DNA of 60,420 nucleotides, taken from IMG/VR virus record IMGVR_UViG_3300042549_004702, positions 1 through 60,420 of that record; one strand, 5' to 3'. Shown in pieces: positions 1-7,806 of this stretch; the stretch's first letter is position 1, and every line of letters begins with the position of its first letter. The notes beneath the pieces were generated by a model. It saw only the letters and a program-made list of their open reading frames with translations. It did not search any database and was not told the DNA's origin. This DNA comes from a virus. Its lineage: Duplodnaviria; Caudoviricetes. The position numbers and the translations under genes are program-made.

Positions 1-138
1 AGCGGCTGCTGTGTGGTGATCGTTTCCGGCCGATAGACGCACACCGGCCCTCCGGGTGCATCGAATGACTGGGCGTGGGCGGGAATAGCCAGTGCGACTA
101 TCCCAAGTATCGTTGCGAGTATTGCTTTCATAGTCCTC
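1..138. repeat. Terminal overlap, copy 1 (circular assembly)
   Basis: 1-138 matches 60283-60420 except at positions 9 and 12. Confidence 0.95.
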
Positions 139-151
139 CTGTTGTGGCCAT

Positions 152-235
152 CTACCAGATAGCCAGAAAATAGACGAGCAGCGCAAGTCCTGTGCAAAAA
201 AGGAAAATCGGGAATGGGTGTTCCTGTTTGGTCAC
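152..235 (-). CDS. 27-aa membrane micropeptide
   Basis: GTG overlaps the upstream stop; hydrophobic FPIFLFCTGLALLVYFLAIW. Confidence 0.4.
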   Translation of the reverse strand: MTKQEHPFPIFLFCTGLALLVYFLAIW

Positions 236-390
236 GCGCCACCTCCGAATCTGACCCAGCCCAGCCAACCGATGAGGGCCATCGTGACGAGCGCAAACAG
301 CTTCCAGCCTGTGGTTTCGCTTTTCCGTGTTAGGATGAATATCCCCATCGGAAACGTCGTTGCCAGTAGGTATATGATCACGTAATCCAT
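232..390 (-). CDS. Small two-TM membrane protein
   Basis: ATG in TAATG overlap with the upstream stop; two hydrophobic segments (MDYVIIYLL..., LFALVTMALIGWLGWV). Confidence 0.55.
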   Translation of the reverse strand: MDYVIIYLLATTFPMGIFILTRKSETTGWKLFALVTMALIGWLGWVRFGGGA

Positions 391-533
391 TAGCGCACAC
401 CTCCAAGCGTGGCAAGAATCGTCTGACCTGCGATGATGCCAATGATTACCGCAATCCAAATCAGCGTGCGCATCTGTATTCGGATCACGCGCTCTGGTTT
501 CTGGTTGTTGTTGTCTTGGTCGTTGTTCTGCAT
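390..533 (-). CDS. 47-aa single-TM protein (not in ORF track)
   Basis: AAGGAG RBS; translated by hand MQNNDQDNNQKPERVIRIQMRTLIWIAVIIGIIAGQTILATLGGVR. Confidence 0.55.
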   Translation of the reverse strand: MQNNDQDNNNQKPERVIRIQMRTLIWIAVIIGIIAGQTILATLGGVR

Positions 534-548
534 AATACTCCTTTGTTG

Positions 549-863
549 TTATGGCTTTCGAGCCTTGTTGATCTTGTCCGCCTCGACCTTAGCGTCGATA
601 TGCGTTGGCTTGACGCCACGCTGCTTCAGATCGGCGGCGCGCTCTCGTGAGTATCCCATCAGCATCTCACGGACGCTGCACGATGACTCCGGTTTCGATG
701 CGTCAAATGGCTTGCGCTCGCTGGCCATCTTGCGACGGCACCAATTTACCGCGCCGTCGCGGACTGTCGGTGTCACGTCGTCAAGCGAACTGGGCACGTA
801 ATCCTGAGCGGTCACGATTGTTGACGCGACCAGTACCAGTGCGGGTAGTATTGTGGCTTTCAT
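549..863 (-). CDS. Secreted hypothetical protein
   Basis: GGAGGA RBS; signal peptide MKATILPALVLVASTIVTA-Q. Confidence 0.65.
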   Translation of the reverse strand: MKATILPALVLVASTIVTAQDYVPSSLDDVTPTVRDGAVNWCRRKMASERKPFDASKPESSCSVREMLMGYSRERAADLKQRGVKPTHIDAKVEADKINKARKP

Positions 864-910
864 CGTTCCTCCTGATTTTGTGGAGCCTGAAAAGCGTTTC
901 AAACTCCGTT

Positions 911-966
911 AATTAAACACGAAATGAAACACGGAATTAGACACGAAATTGCGAGCGTGTTTAATT
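911..966. promoter_or_regulatory. Operator-like array: three 12-bp direct repeats plus an inverted copy
   Basis: TAAACACGAAAT/GAAACACGGAAT/TAGACACGAAAT at 914, 926, 938; CGTGTTTAATT at 956 is the reverse complement of 911-921. Confidence 0.55.
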
Positions 967-975
967 GCGCGCGAA

Positions 976-1251
976 TCACTCCCCCTCCGCCGCTGCGATC
1001 GCGGCAACTATGCGTTCCGTCACATCAGCCTCTGGCACGATACAGAATTGCCGTGATACCTCGATAATATAGTCATACGCCTTACGTAAGGCGCTATTAA
1101 GCAATGGCACAGCAGCCATTTGTCGGGCGTCCTCTTCCCAGAAATGCACAGATACCGTTTCATAGGATTCATCGTATACCGCATATCGCAACTGAGTTTC
1201 TGGAAACTCGTTTGACGCCAGCTCTCGTATTTCCCACTTCTCACCCATCAC
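976..1251 (-). CDS. Hypothetical phage protein, paralog of 1248-1523
   Basis: Coupled ORF; shares the KWE N-terminus and IAAAEGE C-terminus. Confidence 0.7.
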   Translation of the reverse strand: MMGEKWEIRELASNEFPETQLRYAVYDESYETVSVHFWEEDARQMAAVPLLNSALRKAYDYIIEVSRQFCIVPEADVTERIVAAIAAAEGE

Positions 1252-1523
1252 TCCCCCTCCGCCGCTGCGATTGCGTTACGTGCTTGGTCAAATGCCTCTT
1301 GCACCGCGGCTTTATTGGCGACGATTGGCGTCAGTCCAATCACAGCCGTCAGCGTCTCCAACGCTTCCAGCATCAGCGGCGCAGCTGCGATTAACTTTGC
1401 ATCTTTACGGCTGGTGACGTTGGCTACCAGCTCTTTGCCATTTTTCGCAAAGACGCCATATTCAACGGTGCGCACTATTTCGCGCTCAAACGGTTGTTTC
1501 ACCACTTCCCACTTTTTAGCCAT
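1248..1523 (-). CDS. Hypothetical phage protein (A-x-LIAAAP family)
   Basis: DAKLIAAAPLMLEAL motif typical of small phage early proteins. Confidence 0.7.
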   Translation of the reverse strand: MAKKWEVVKQPFEREIVRTVEYGVFAKNGKELVANVTSRKDAKLIAAAPLMLEALETLTAVIGLTPIVANKAAVQEAFDQARNAIAAAEGE

Positions 1524-1531
1524 CGCTCCCC

Positions 1532-2131
1532 CTATAATCTCGCGGTGACAATGCCTTGCTGATCTTGGTATTTGCCCTGACGGTCACCGTAAGTGACAGC
1601 AGGACGCTCGTCGAGTGCGAGCATAAGCAGCTGGCCGATGCCTTCGTGCGCGTAAACACGCATCGGTAGAGGCGTGGCGTTGGAAAGCTCAAGCACAAGC
1701 TGGCCCGTCCACCCCGGCTCAAGTGGTGTCGTGTTGAGGATGAGTCCACACCGCGCGTAGGTCGATTTGCCAATCACGAGCCCGATGTGATTATCCGGCA
1801 TCGTGATCCGCTCGTGGGTCACGCCCAGCGCGTACGAGTGCGGCGGCAGTGTGTAGTAGGTATCAGGGCTGTTACGATAGTCATACTCGGCATCGAGCGT
1901 GATCAGGCATCGCTCATCGAAACGCTTCGGATCAATGACTGCATCGTTGACCCGTCCATGGACAGCCGTAAACAGCTGCATCCCAGACGCACTCAGCGAC
2001 AGGTCATACCCTGCCGACGACGTGCCAAAGCTGATAACGCGATCGCCGTGGTACTGGCGCACCTGCCCAGCGTGAAAGACATCGAGTATCTCCGGCCCGT
2101 ACTTCTGCCACCATTTGTCACTGCGGATCAT
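1532..2131 (-). CDS. dcd: dCTP deaminase
   Basis: ISFGTSSAGYDL, GKSTYARCG, TPLEPGWTGQLVLE, GKYQDQQG motifs. Confidence 0.95.
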   Translation of the reverse strand: MIRSDKWWQKYGPEILDVFHAGQVRQYHGDRVISFGTSSAGYDLSLSASGMQLFTAVHGRVNDAVIDPKRFDERCLITLDAEYDYRNSPDTYYTLPPHSYALGVTHERITMPDNHIGLVIGKSTYARCGLILNTTPLEPGWTGQLVLELSNATPLPMRVYAHEGIGQLLMLALDERPAVTYGDRQGKYQDQQGIVTARL

Positions 2132-2472
2132 CGCGCCTCCTTCGTGATGGCGACCAACTCGGTCACGATGTCAGGAGCCAACGCTATATATGCGTGACTG
2201 TACATGCTGATGGCATCCAGCGTGTCCACTACGACGTAACCAGGATTCTCACTGGCCAAGATCGCGCGCGCAATCACCAGCAGTGCGCGATCACACTCCA
2301 GCTGCGCCTGATTTACCGCTCCAAGGAGCTCGTAGTATTTGGCAAGCTCAGCGTCTTGGTCGGTGACGAGGGCGTCCTGTACAGTCTGCGATTGCCGGTT
2401 GCCTGCGCGAGTCAATGCCTCAAGGATAAGGCGACACTGCGCGTACTGAGTGAAAGCTGTTACGTCAATCAT
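2128..2472 (-). CDS. Hypothetical protein
   Basis: AAAGGA RBS; stop overlaps the dcd start. Confidence 0.65.
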   Translation of the reverse strand: MIDVTAFTQYAQCRLILEALTRAGNRQSQTVQDALVTDQDAELAKYYELLGAVNQAQLECDRALLVIARAILASENPGYVVVDTLDAISMYSHAYIALAPDIVTELVAITKEAR

Positions 2473-2517
2473 TTTTGTCCTTTCGGGGAGGGCGCCCTCC
2501 CCTGATAGCGTGGTTAG

Positions 2518-2778
2518 TTAATCGGTCACGTCTTCTGCGCGAACGCGAACCGCGCGTCCATCGTGAGCCACGAGCCATGTCAGGTAATATGGCCCCATGT
2601 TGCCGGTTTTTGTGATGATCGAATCGCACTCCATCAGTCCATTGTGATCAGCTACGATATAGAGTCGTTCATCTTCGATGACATCCTGTATCGACCTGCC
2701 AGCGGTCAATGGCAGCTGGATTGCGCGTCCATTGGCAATGTGCCGGGCAAAGATGACATGAGCTTGTTTGTCAGTCAT
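2518..2778 (-). CDS. Hypothetical protein
   Basis: ORF overlapping the bet stop in the same operon. Confidence 0.6.
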   Translation of the reverse strand: MTDKQAHVIFARHIANGRAIQLPLTAGRSIQDVIEDERLYIVADHNGLMECDSIITKTGNMGPYYLTWLVAHDGRAVRVRAEDVTD

Positions 2779-3817
2779 ACATCATGTCATCCACATCATT
2801 AGAATTTGCAGATGCGTAGTGCGGCTGTATTTTCGCACGAGCTGGAGTCGGACTAATATCTGATTCAGAGAATGCCTGACGGTCAGGCTGACCATCGCGC
2901 TCTGCATCGAGCTGATTGAGGCGCGTGCCGTAGCGCGTTATCAGCTTCTCCAGCTCCTCCGGCGACAGCAGCGCAAGTGAATGGTCGAAGAGGTCGGGCA
3001 ATTGCTGGCCGGTCATATTCGCGATGCCTTGCAGGATCAGCGCGTCGGCGACTCCGAATCCTGACAGCCCGTCGAGGATCTGCGAAAGCTGCTCGACCAG
3101 TCCGGTATCAGCTGCGGTCACAATAGGCGCAGGAGCCTCAGAAATGGCGCGTGGTGCTTTTTTGGGTGCGGGTGCTGGTGTTGCAGGAACTGCGACGGCT
3201 GAGGGCGTTACGTCGATGACGTTCGACGCCTGACCCATTTCCTCGCTGGTATAAATGCCGCTCATCTCAGCCGGAAACGCTTTGCGAAGCGAGAGAGCCT
3301 CGGCGCATTTTGCCAGCTGCGCGGCAGGCATACGCGCCCACATCGGATTCGGCCTGACCTGACCAGACGACTTATCCTTGTACGTCTGGCAGTACTCGCT
3401 AAAAAGCGCGACGCCCCAAAATGGCTCACGGCATCCAGCGCGCCATACTCCTACTTTGGCTGCGCGTGGCGGCTCGGTCGCCAGCCACACATCGACCCAC
3501 TGGCCATCTGCGCCACACCAGAACGGGCCAGACTGGCCCTCATAACGTCCGGTCCGATCGGCGATGAGGCGATAGCCATCGATGCCGGTCTGGATCTCGC
3601 ATACCTCACGCTGGGCTTTTGCGTCCCAGCGTTTCACCAAGTGGATCTGGCGGGACAGGATGTCGAGACCCTTTTTCTGCGCTACGGCAAGAAACAATTG
3701 AAACTCGCTCTCGCTGGCCCCTTTGGCGAATGTGTCCCGGATTAATTTTACCTGATCCTGAGAGTACGACTCGGCCATCTGGCCGGGTGTCGTGATCGTA
3801 ATTGCTGTGCTGCTCAT
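2771..3817 (-). CDS. bet: Single-strand annealing protein (Redbeta/RecT family)
   Basis: QTGIDGYRLIADRTG, W-x-x-MP-x-x-QLAKCAEALSLRKAFP, GIYTSEEM. Confidence 0.9.
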   Translation of the reverse strand: MSSTAITITTPGQMAESYSQDQVKLIRDTFAKGASESEFQLFLAVAQKKGLDILSRQIHLVKRWDAKAQREVCEIQTGIDGYRLIADRTGRYEGQSGPFWCGADGQWVDVWLATEPPRAAKVGVWRAGCREPFWGVALFSEYCQTYKDKSSGQVRPNPMWARMPAAQLAKCAEALSLRKAFPAEMSGIYTSEEMGQASNVIDVTPSAVAVPATPAPAPKKAPRAISEAPAPIVTAADTGLVEQLSQILDGLSGFGVADALILQGIANMTGQQLPDLFDHSLALLSPEELEKLITRYGTRLNQLDAERDGQPDRQAFSESDISPTPARAKIQPHYASANSNDVDDMMYD

Positions 3818-3825
3818 ATGTCCTC

Positions 3826-3978
3826 CTACCAGGTGCTGCGGCTGCGTCGCAGCCAGTCGTTGATTGAATCGGCATTGTCGCGCCGAAGCGTATCGTCCGG
3901 TGCGCGTTCGTCGTGCTCGTCGTCGCAGTCGTCACGATCAAGGTCGTAGTCGTCGTCTCGTCGATTGTCGTCGATCAT
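3826..3978 (-). CDS. 50-aa very acidic protein (not in ORF track)
   Basis: GGAGG RBS; MIDDNRRDDDYDLDRDDCDDEHDERAPDDTLRRDNADSINDWLRRSRSTW. Confidence 0.6.
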   Translation of the reverse strand: MIDDNRRDDDYDLDRDDCDDEHDERAPDDTLRRDNADSINDWLRRSRSTW

Positions 3979-3994
3979 TGCTAATCCTCCACGC

Positions 3995-4028
3995 AAGAAA
4001 AGCCACTCCGATGTAGATCAGAGTGGCT
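3995..4028 (-). terminator. Intrinsic terminator
   Basis: Minus strand AGCCACTCTGAT-CTAC-ATCGGAGTGGCT followed by TTTCTT. Confidence 0.65.
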
Positions 4029-4034
4029 CGAAAT

Positions 4035-4763
4035 TTAGAAACGGTACACGATGCCGTTCAGCAAAACGGCAGAGATCTCGGCAGTCTTGCCGATGCTGAG
4101 GTATCCCTCAGCAGACCAACTGCCTACCAGCCCATCCGCCGACAGCTCAAGATTATAAGCGTCGTCGGACGCCGCCATCTTATCGAAAAGCGCGGTGACG
4201 CTCTCCGCCGTGGTTTTGTGCATTGATCGCCACTCGTCGGTGGCGAAAGCAACGGTCTCGATCAGCTGGGCAGCGCGGCCCACTGGCAACTCCTCGATCG
4301 TCTCAGGTTCGTCCTCCTCGCAGCCGACGAAACCAGCGTGCCGGAACACGGCAACCTTGCGGACGCTGCCGTCCGGCTGCGTCTGATCAACGCTCTCCCG
4401 GACGCTGAAAGCGTACATAGGCGTGATCCCGTGCGCACGAAGGGCGGACTCGAGTGGGGCCATCAGGTACGGCGCGCCGCCGATCATGGCGTATTCGAAG
4501 CAGTTAGCCTCAGTGTGGAGCGGCTCTCCGGCCCACTCCTGGGCGTACGGCAACGCCGATTTTTCGCGCCAAATCGCGCAGCTCGCTATCTTGGCGATCT
4601 GCTGTGCCCTTTGCGCAACCTCGCTTGAGCTGGGCAGAGTCTCAAATGTCAGTAGTGAGCGAATTTCCATGATCTGCTCTGGGGATAGCTCCCCTGAGGT
4701 CACTCCGGCGGCGATCTGCTCAGTAGTGGCGGTGTGCTGGGTAAGGTTGAGTATTCGGTTCAT
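4035..4763 (-). CDS. Csx20/Csx15-like Rossmann-fold protein (putative cOA ring nuclease) with C-terminal extension
   Basis: ILNLTQH...EQI, AMIGG, GITPMYAFSVRES...DGSVRKVAVFRHAGF resembles my recollection of the Csx20 consensus. Confidence 0.55.
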   Translation of the reverse strand: MNRILNLTQHTATTEQIAAGVTSGELSPEQIMEIRSLLTFETLPSSSEVAQRAQQIAKIASCAIWREKSALPYAQEWAGEPLHTEANCFEYAMIGGAPYLMAPLESALRAHGITPMYAFSVRESVDQTQPDGSVRKVAVFRHAGFVGCEEDEPETIEELPVGRAAQLIETVAFATDEWRSMHKTTAESVTALFDKMAASDDAYNLELSADGLVGSWSAEGYLSIGKTAEISAVLLNGIVYRF

Positions 4764-4802
4764 TGTTTCTCCTGTTGTGGGGCCGTGCCCCTGATAGCTG
4801 CG

Positions 4803-4964
4803 TTAGAAAGGGATAGTCTCGTCACCCTCAGCATCGGCGTCAGTGACGATTGGTATCATGCAGAGTCCGCACGGGACACCGTGCCACTCAGGAGAGCCAT
4901 CGCTGGCCATATACGGCCCAGTGACGATGACTCCGTTTTCGCATCGTGGGTCAATGCAGGTCAT
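4803..4964 (-). CDS. 53-aa Cys-rich protein ending DETIPF (not in ORF track)
   Basis: ATGA overlap with the upstream stop; CIDPRC...CGLC; acidic IPF tail. Confidence 0.6.
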   Translation of the reverse strand: MTCIDPRCENGVIVTGPYMASDGSPEWHGVPCGLCMIPIVTDADAEGDETIPF

Positions 4965-5191
4965 CGGCTCACGCGCCAGTTCTTGGCCGTCCGCGCACTG
5001 ATGACGAACTCAACGACGCGAGGCATACCAAATGCCGAAGTACCAGCTGACTCGTCCCACGTCAGCTCGAGAATGCGGCCATCGGCCAATCGATACTCCT
5101 CGCGGCAGCGAGGACCAGCGACGCGCCCCGACTCTGAGTTGACGATGGTTGCGGTGCGCACTAAGGACGCAATTTCGGTCTGGTTGATCAT
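4961..5191 (-). CDS. Hypothetical early protein
   Basis: AGGAG RBS inside the repeated leader; starts MINQTEIA. Confidence 0.65.
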   Translation of the reverse strand: MINQTEIASLVRTATIVNSESGRVAGPRCREEYRLADGRILELTWDESAGTSAFGMPRVVEFVISARTAKNWRVSR

Positions 5192-5255
5192 TGTCGTTTC
5201 TCCTGTTAGCTGCGTTTGCGTCTCCGAGAGCCTCACTGCCCCCGTCGACGATGCG

Positions 5256-5284
5256 AATATATCGCGAGTAATAGTTATTGTCAA
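5256..5284 (-). promoter_or_regulatory. Sigma70-type early promoter
   Basis: TTGACA-17 bp-TATATT on the minus strand. Confidence 0.8.
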
Positions 5285-5847
5285 CAGTTATTTTGCAAGT
5301 CGTTTACTTTTTTCTCGTCCACGACTGGATCATCCCAAACGCGCACTCCGTGAGACTCCGACCTGACGTGAAGCCCGATCTCTACCGCCAGCTCGTGCGC
5401 AGTCCGTGAGCACACGTCGATCGAGCCGCGCGTTGTCGCCGAGAAGCGAATGTACACGCGCTGAGTAGCTGGCACGTCCGTCAAACCGCGCACCAGGCAC
5501 AGCGTACACGTCCCGACGGATCGCACGTCGTAATTGACGTCGTCGATGCGCGGCCACACCTCGACGATAGCGATAGGCTCGAAGGAATACCCAGCGGTGA
5601 TAGCAGCGACCGCCTCTGTGCGTGTCTCCCAGCACTCCGGAGAGCGTCGGGGGAACTGCCCCCCCTGCTCTATGCGCCATCCATCAGCGGCGCGCACGAC
5701 GCGCTGAGCCGTGCTGGCTGCTGCTTCTCTCGCCGCTAGACGCGCATCTAGCGCGCGGTCATTGCGCTTCTTCAGCTGTGTCGGAGTCGCCGACACGCTC
5801 GACGACAGCGACATTGGCCGCAGTCTATTTTCGATTTTGGGCTTCAC
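5281..5847 (-). CDS. Hypothetical protein
   Basis: GTG after AGGAG; long ORF in the early operon. Confidence 0.5.
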   Translation of the reverse strand: MKPKIENRLRPMSLSSSVSATPTQLKKRNDRALDARLAAREAAASTAQRVVRAADGWRIEQGGQFPRRSPECWETRTEAVAAITAGYSFEPIAIVEVWPRIDDVNYDVRSVGTCTLCLVRGLTDVPATQRVYIRFSATTRGSIDVCSRTAHELAVEIGLHVRSESHGVRVWDDPVVDEKKVNDLQNNC

Positions 5848-5854
5848 ATTGCTC

Positions 5855-6064
5855 CTAAATGTCAATCGCCCCTGATCGGGGCGTATCGGTGGGTTGCGGC
5901 TTGCGAAGCTGACTAGTCTCCCGCTCTCGCAATAGGTCGCAATGAATGCACCGGCGACCGAGTGATTGCCGGTGCGTAAAATGCGTTACCGGGGCGCATA
6001 TCGCGCATACCGGATAGTCGCCGAGGTGATCGTCACCGCACCTCTGGCAGATGGCGTCGTTCAC
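5855..6064 (-). CDS. Small Zn-finger-like protein
   Basis: Three CxxC pairs; GTGA overlap with a 35-aa upstream ORF. Confidence 0.45.
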   Translation of the reverse strand: MNDAICQRCGDDHLGDYPVCAICAPVTHFTHRQSLGRRCIHCDLLRERETSQLRKPQPTDTPRSGAIDI

Positions 6065-6167
6065 AATGGCATCTCCCATCCGCGCCACGGGCGAACAACA
6101 GAGTCCGGCGTAAAGCCGGACTCGTAGTGCAGATGGCATAGTGCCGCGACGAGTGTGTCTCTTTTCA

Positions 6168-6815
6168 TTATGCCACCTCCAGCTTAGTCCGCCGAAACGG
6201 CGTGACCATTGATGCGCCGGTTGTCCGACCGCAAGATGCCTCGTAGATGAGGCCAAATGACGTCCATGGGCCGATAGGCTCATCATTCGTAATCTCCATC
6301 GGCAGGTGTGGCTCACCCGCCCACTGACCGGAGGGATAACGCTTAATCGGCCACGAGAAATTTAGCCACCGCCAAATAAACGGATCAGCTGTTTGTAGCT
6401 GAGACTCGACCCGCAAAGCGGAAGTCCCCGCCATATCAAGCACTCGCGGCAAAGCCATCGCCGCCGCTAACTCTGACCAGACGGTGCCCTCAAATAGCCC
6501 GTCGTCACCCTGATGGGTGGCTGCGTAGAGCGCGCGCCAGTGGCTGCGCTCCGAGTAGGATCGGGGCTCAAATGTCTCCGTAAACGTCAGCGTGTCGCCC
6601 TCAAGCGCAAGCGTCGCGCGTCGGTAAAGCTGGGGACGCTCATGAGAGCTCCACTCGAAAGTGCAAGTATGCTCGATGCGACGAATTCTCATTGACGTTT
6701 CGTTGTTGGTCAGAGTCTGGAATAAATCCATACTCTCCGGGACATTGGCGGCAAATCCGCCGTATCCGAGGTGCTTCAAAATTGCGATGATGTGCTTGCT
6801 GTCGATCTGGTTCAT
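6168..6815 (-). CDS. Hypothetical protein
   Basis: AGGAG RBS in the repeat; 215 aa ORF. Confidence 0.7.
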   Translation of the reverse strand: MNQIDSKHIIAILKHLGYGGFAANVPESMDLFQTLTNNETSMRIRRIEHTCTFEWSSHERPQLYRRATLALEGDTLTFTETFEPRSYSERSHWRALYAATHQGDDGLFEGTVWSELAAAMALPRVLDMAGTSALRVESQLQTADPFIWRWLNFSWPIKRYPSGQWAGEPHLPMEITNDEPIGPWTSFGLIYEASCGRTTGASMVTPFRRTKLEVA

Positions 6816-6866
6816 GTCGTCTCCTGTGGTTGCGCGGCCCGATCACGAGCCGCTGATAGTTGATAG

Positions 6867-7085
6867 TTATTTTGTAAAAATCCACGCGCGCTTATCGGTA
6901 AGGTCTGCGTCCGACATATCCCCACCGCCGAAGCAATCCTCGCTATTGGCGCAGCCCGTGTGATATGCGACGTACTGACCGTCGGCAGGGATCGGCTCAG
7001 ACTGGGGGTGAATATCGTTGAGGTTGACTGCGTACCCGCAAACTGCGCACCGTTGCGGGGCGTTGATCTGGTTCATTTTACTCAT
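6867..7085 (-). CDS. Small Zn-binding hypothetical protein
   Basis: CAVC...HTGC; lies between two repeat copies. Confidence 0.65.
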   Translation of the reverse strand: MSKMNQINAPQRCAVCGYAVNLNDIHPQSEPIPADGQYVAYHTGCANSEDCFGGGDMSDADLTDKRAWIFTK

Positions 7086-7139
7086 TGTTTCTCCTGTGGT
7101 TGCGCGGCCCGATCACGAGCCGCTGGTTGTGGTGAATGG

Positions 7140-7337
7140 TTAGGCTGCGTCTTCGAGATCCTCGATAGTGAGACTTTCGAGTGCCGGCGACCAGTCGTCG
7201 CCATACTCAAGGCCCATATCGTGAGCCGTGTCCACGACGAGAGCGACAGCGGCTTCGAAGGTCGCCGGTGTGACTTCATTTTGAAAGCAGCCGTCAACCC
7301 AGTTTTGGACATCTCGTCTACTATTCATCTTACGCAT
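7140..7337 (-). CDS. Small acidic hypothetical protein
   Basis: Starts MRKMNSRR after the repeat RBS; acidic C-terminus. Confidence 0.65.
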   Translation of the reverse strand: MRKMNSRRDVQNWVDGCFQNEVTPATFEAAVALVVDTAHDMGLEYGDDWSPALESLTIEDLEDAA

Positions 7338-7395
7338 TGTTTCTCCTGTGGTTGTGCGGCTCGTCGCAGGACAAGCCGCTGATTGTGGTGGGTGA

Positions 7396-7632
7396 TTAGC
7401 GAGAGACTCGCACGGCCCAGGCGTTGCGGCGGCTGCCGTCACCGCCGACGAGTACGACGCGACCCTGAGCGTCACGGCACTCAATCAGGCCGTCGCCGTG
7501 ATCGGCCACCACGGTCAGCCCTGCTTCCGCGATCTCGTCAGTGACGAGCGCGTTCTCGCTGCCCGTGAGCGCGAATCCGCGCCCGTCGTTGTTCAAAGCT
7601 GAGTAAAGGTTGCGTGCTTCTGTGCTGGTCAT
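7396..7632 (-). CDS. First gene of the leftward early operon, hypothetical
   Basis: AGGAG RBS; starts MTSTEARN. Confidence 0.65.
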   Translation of the reverse strand: MTSTEARNLYSALNNDGRGFALTGSENALVTDEIAEAGLTVVADHGDGLIECRDAQGRVVLVGGDGSRRNAWAVRVSR

Positions 7633-7695
7633 TGCGTTTCTCCTGTTAGCTGCGTTTGCGTCTTCGGAAGCCTCATTGCCCCCGTCGATAAATGC

Positions 7696-7725
7696 ACTAT
7701 ACCGGAGACCGTGAATTATTGTCAA
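7696..7725 (-). promoter_or_regulatory. Sigma70-type leftward early promoter
   Basis: TTGACA-18 bp-TATAGT; flanks duplicated at 5189-5299. Confidence 0.8.
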
Positions 7726-7770
7726 CAGTTATTTTGCAAATAAATTATTAAAATTCGTTTACTTTTATTC

Positions 7771-7799
7771 TTGACAAGTCGGCGCGTTCGTTCGAATGT
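7771..7799 (+). promoter_or_regulatory. Divergent rightward promoter
   Basis: Perfect TTGACA at 7771 after an AT-rich tract; the -10 element is weak. Confidence 0.45.
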
Positions 7800-7806
7800 C
7801 CTCTTC

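Larger units (their letters stand above)
6820..7381 (-). repeat. Intergenic hairpin-RBS repeats: 36-bp identical copies at 6820-6855 and 7090-7125, variant at 7342-7381
   Basis: Minus strand CAGCGGCTCGTGATCGGGCCGCGCAACCACAGGAGA; related elements at 4768-4797 and 2478-2508. Confidence 0.9.

Noticed and set aside
1-138. Biological direct terminal repeat
   Set aside because: It falls mid-gene and looks like an assembly overlap. The two mismatches are at third codon positions, consistent with strain variation.
976-1271. 24-bp direct repeat TCACTCCCCCTCCGCCGCTGCGAT as an att site
   Set aside because: It encodes the shared C-terminus and downstream RBS of two paralogous genes
6820-7125. 36-bp repeats as a true CRISPR array
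   Set aside because: The intervening sequence is 234 bp and holds an ORF, and each repeat contains an RBS
433-7382. Plus-strand ORFs across the early region and antisense ORFs inside late genes
   Set aside because: They are shadows of RBS-supported, coupled genes on the opposite strand
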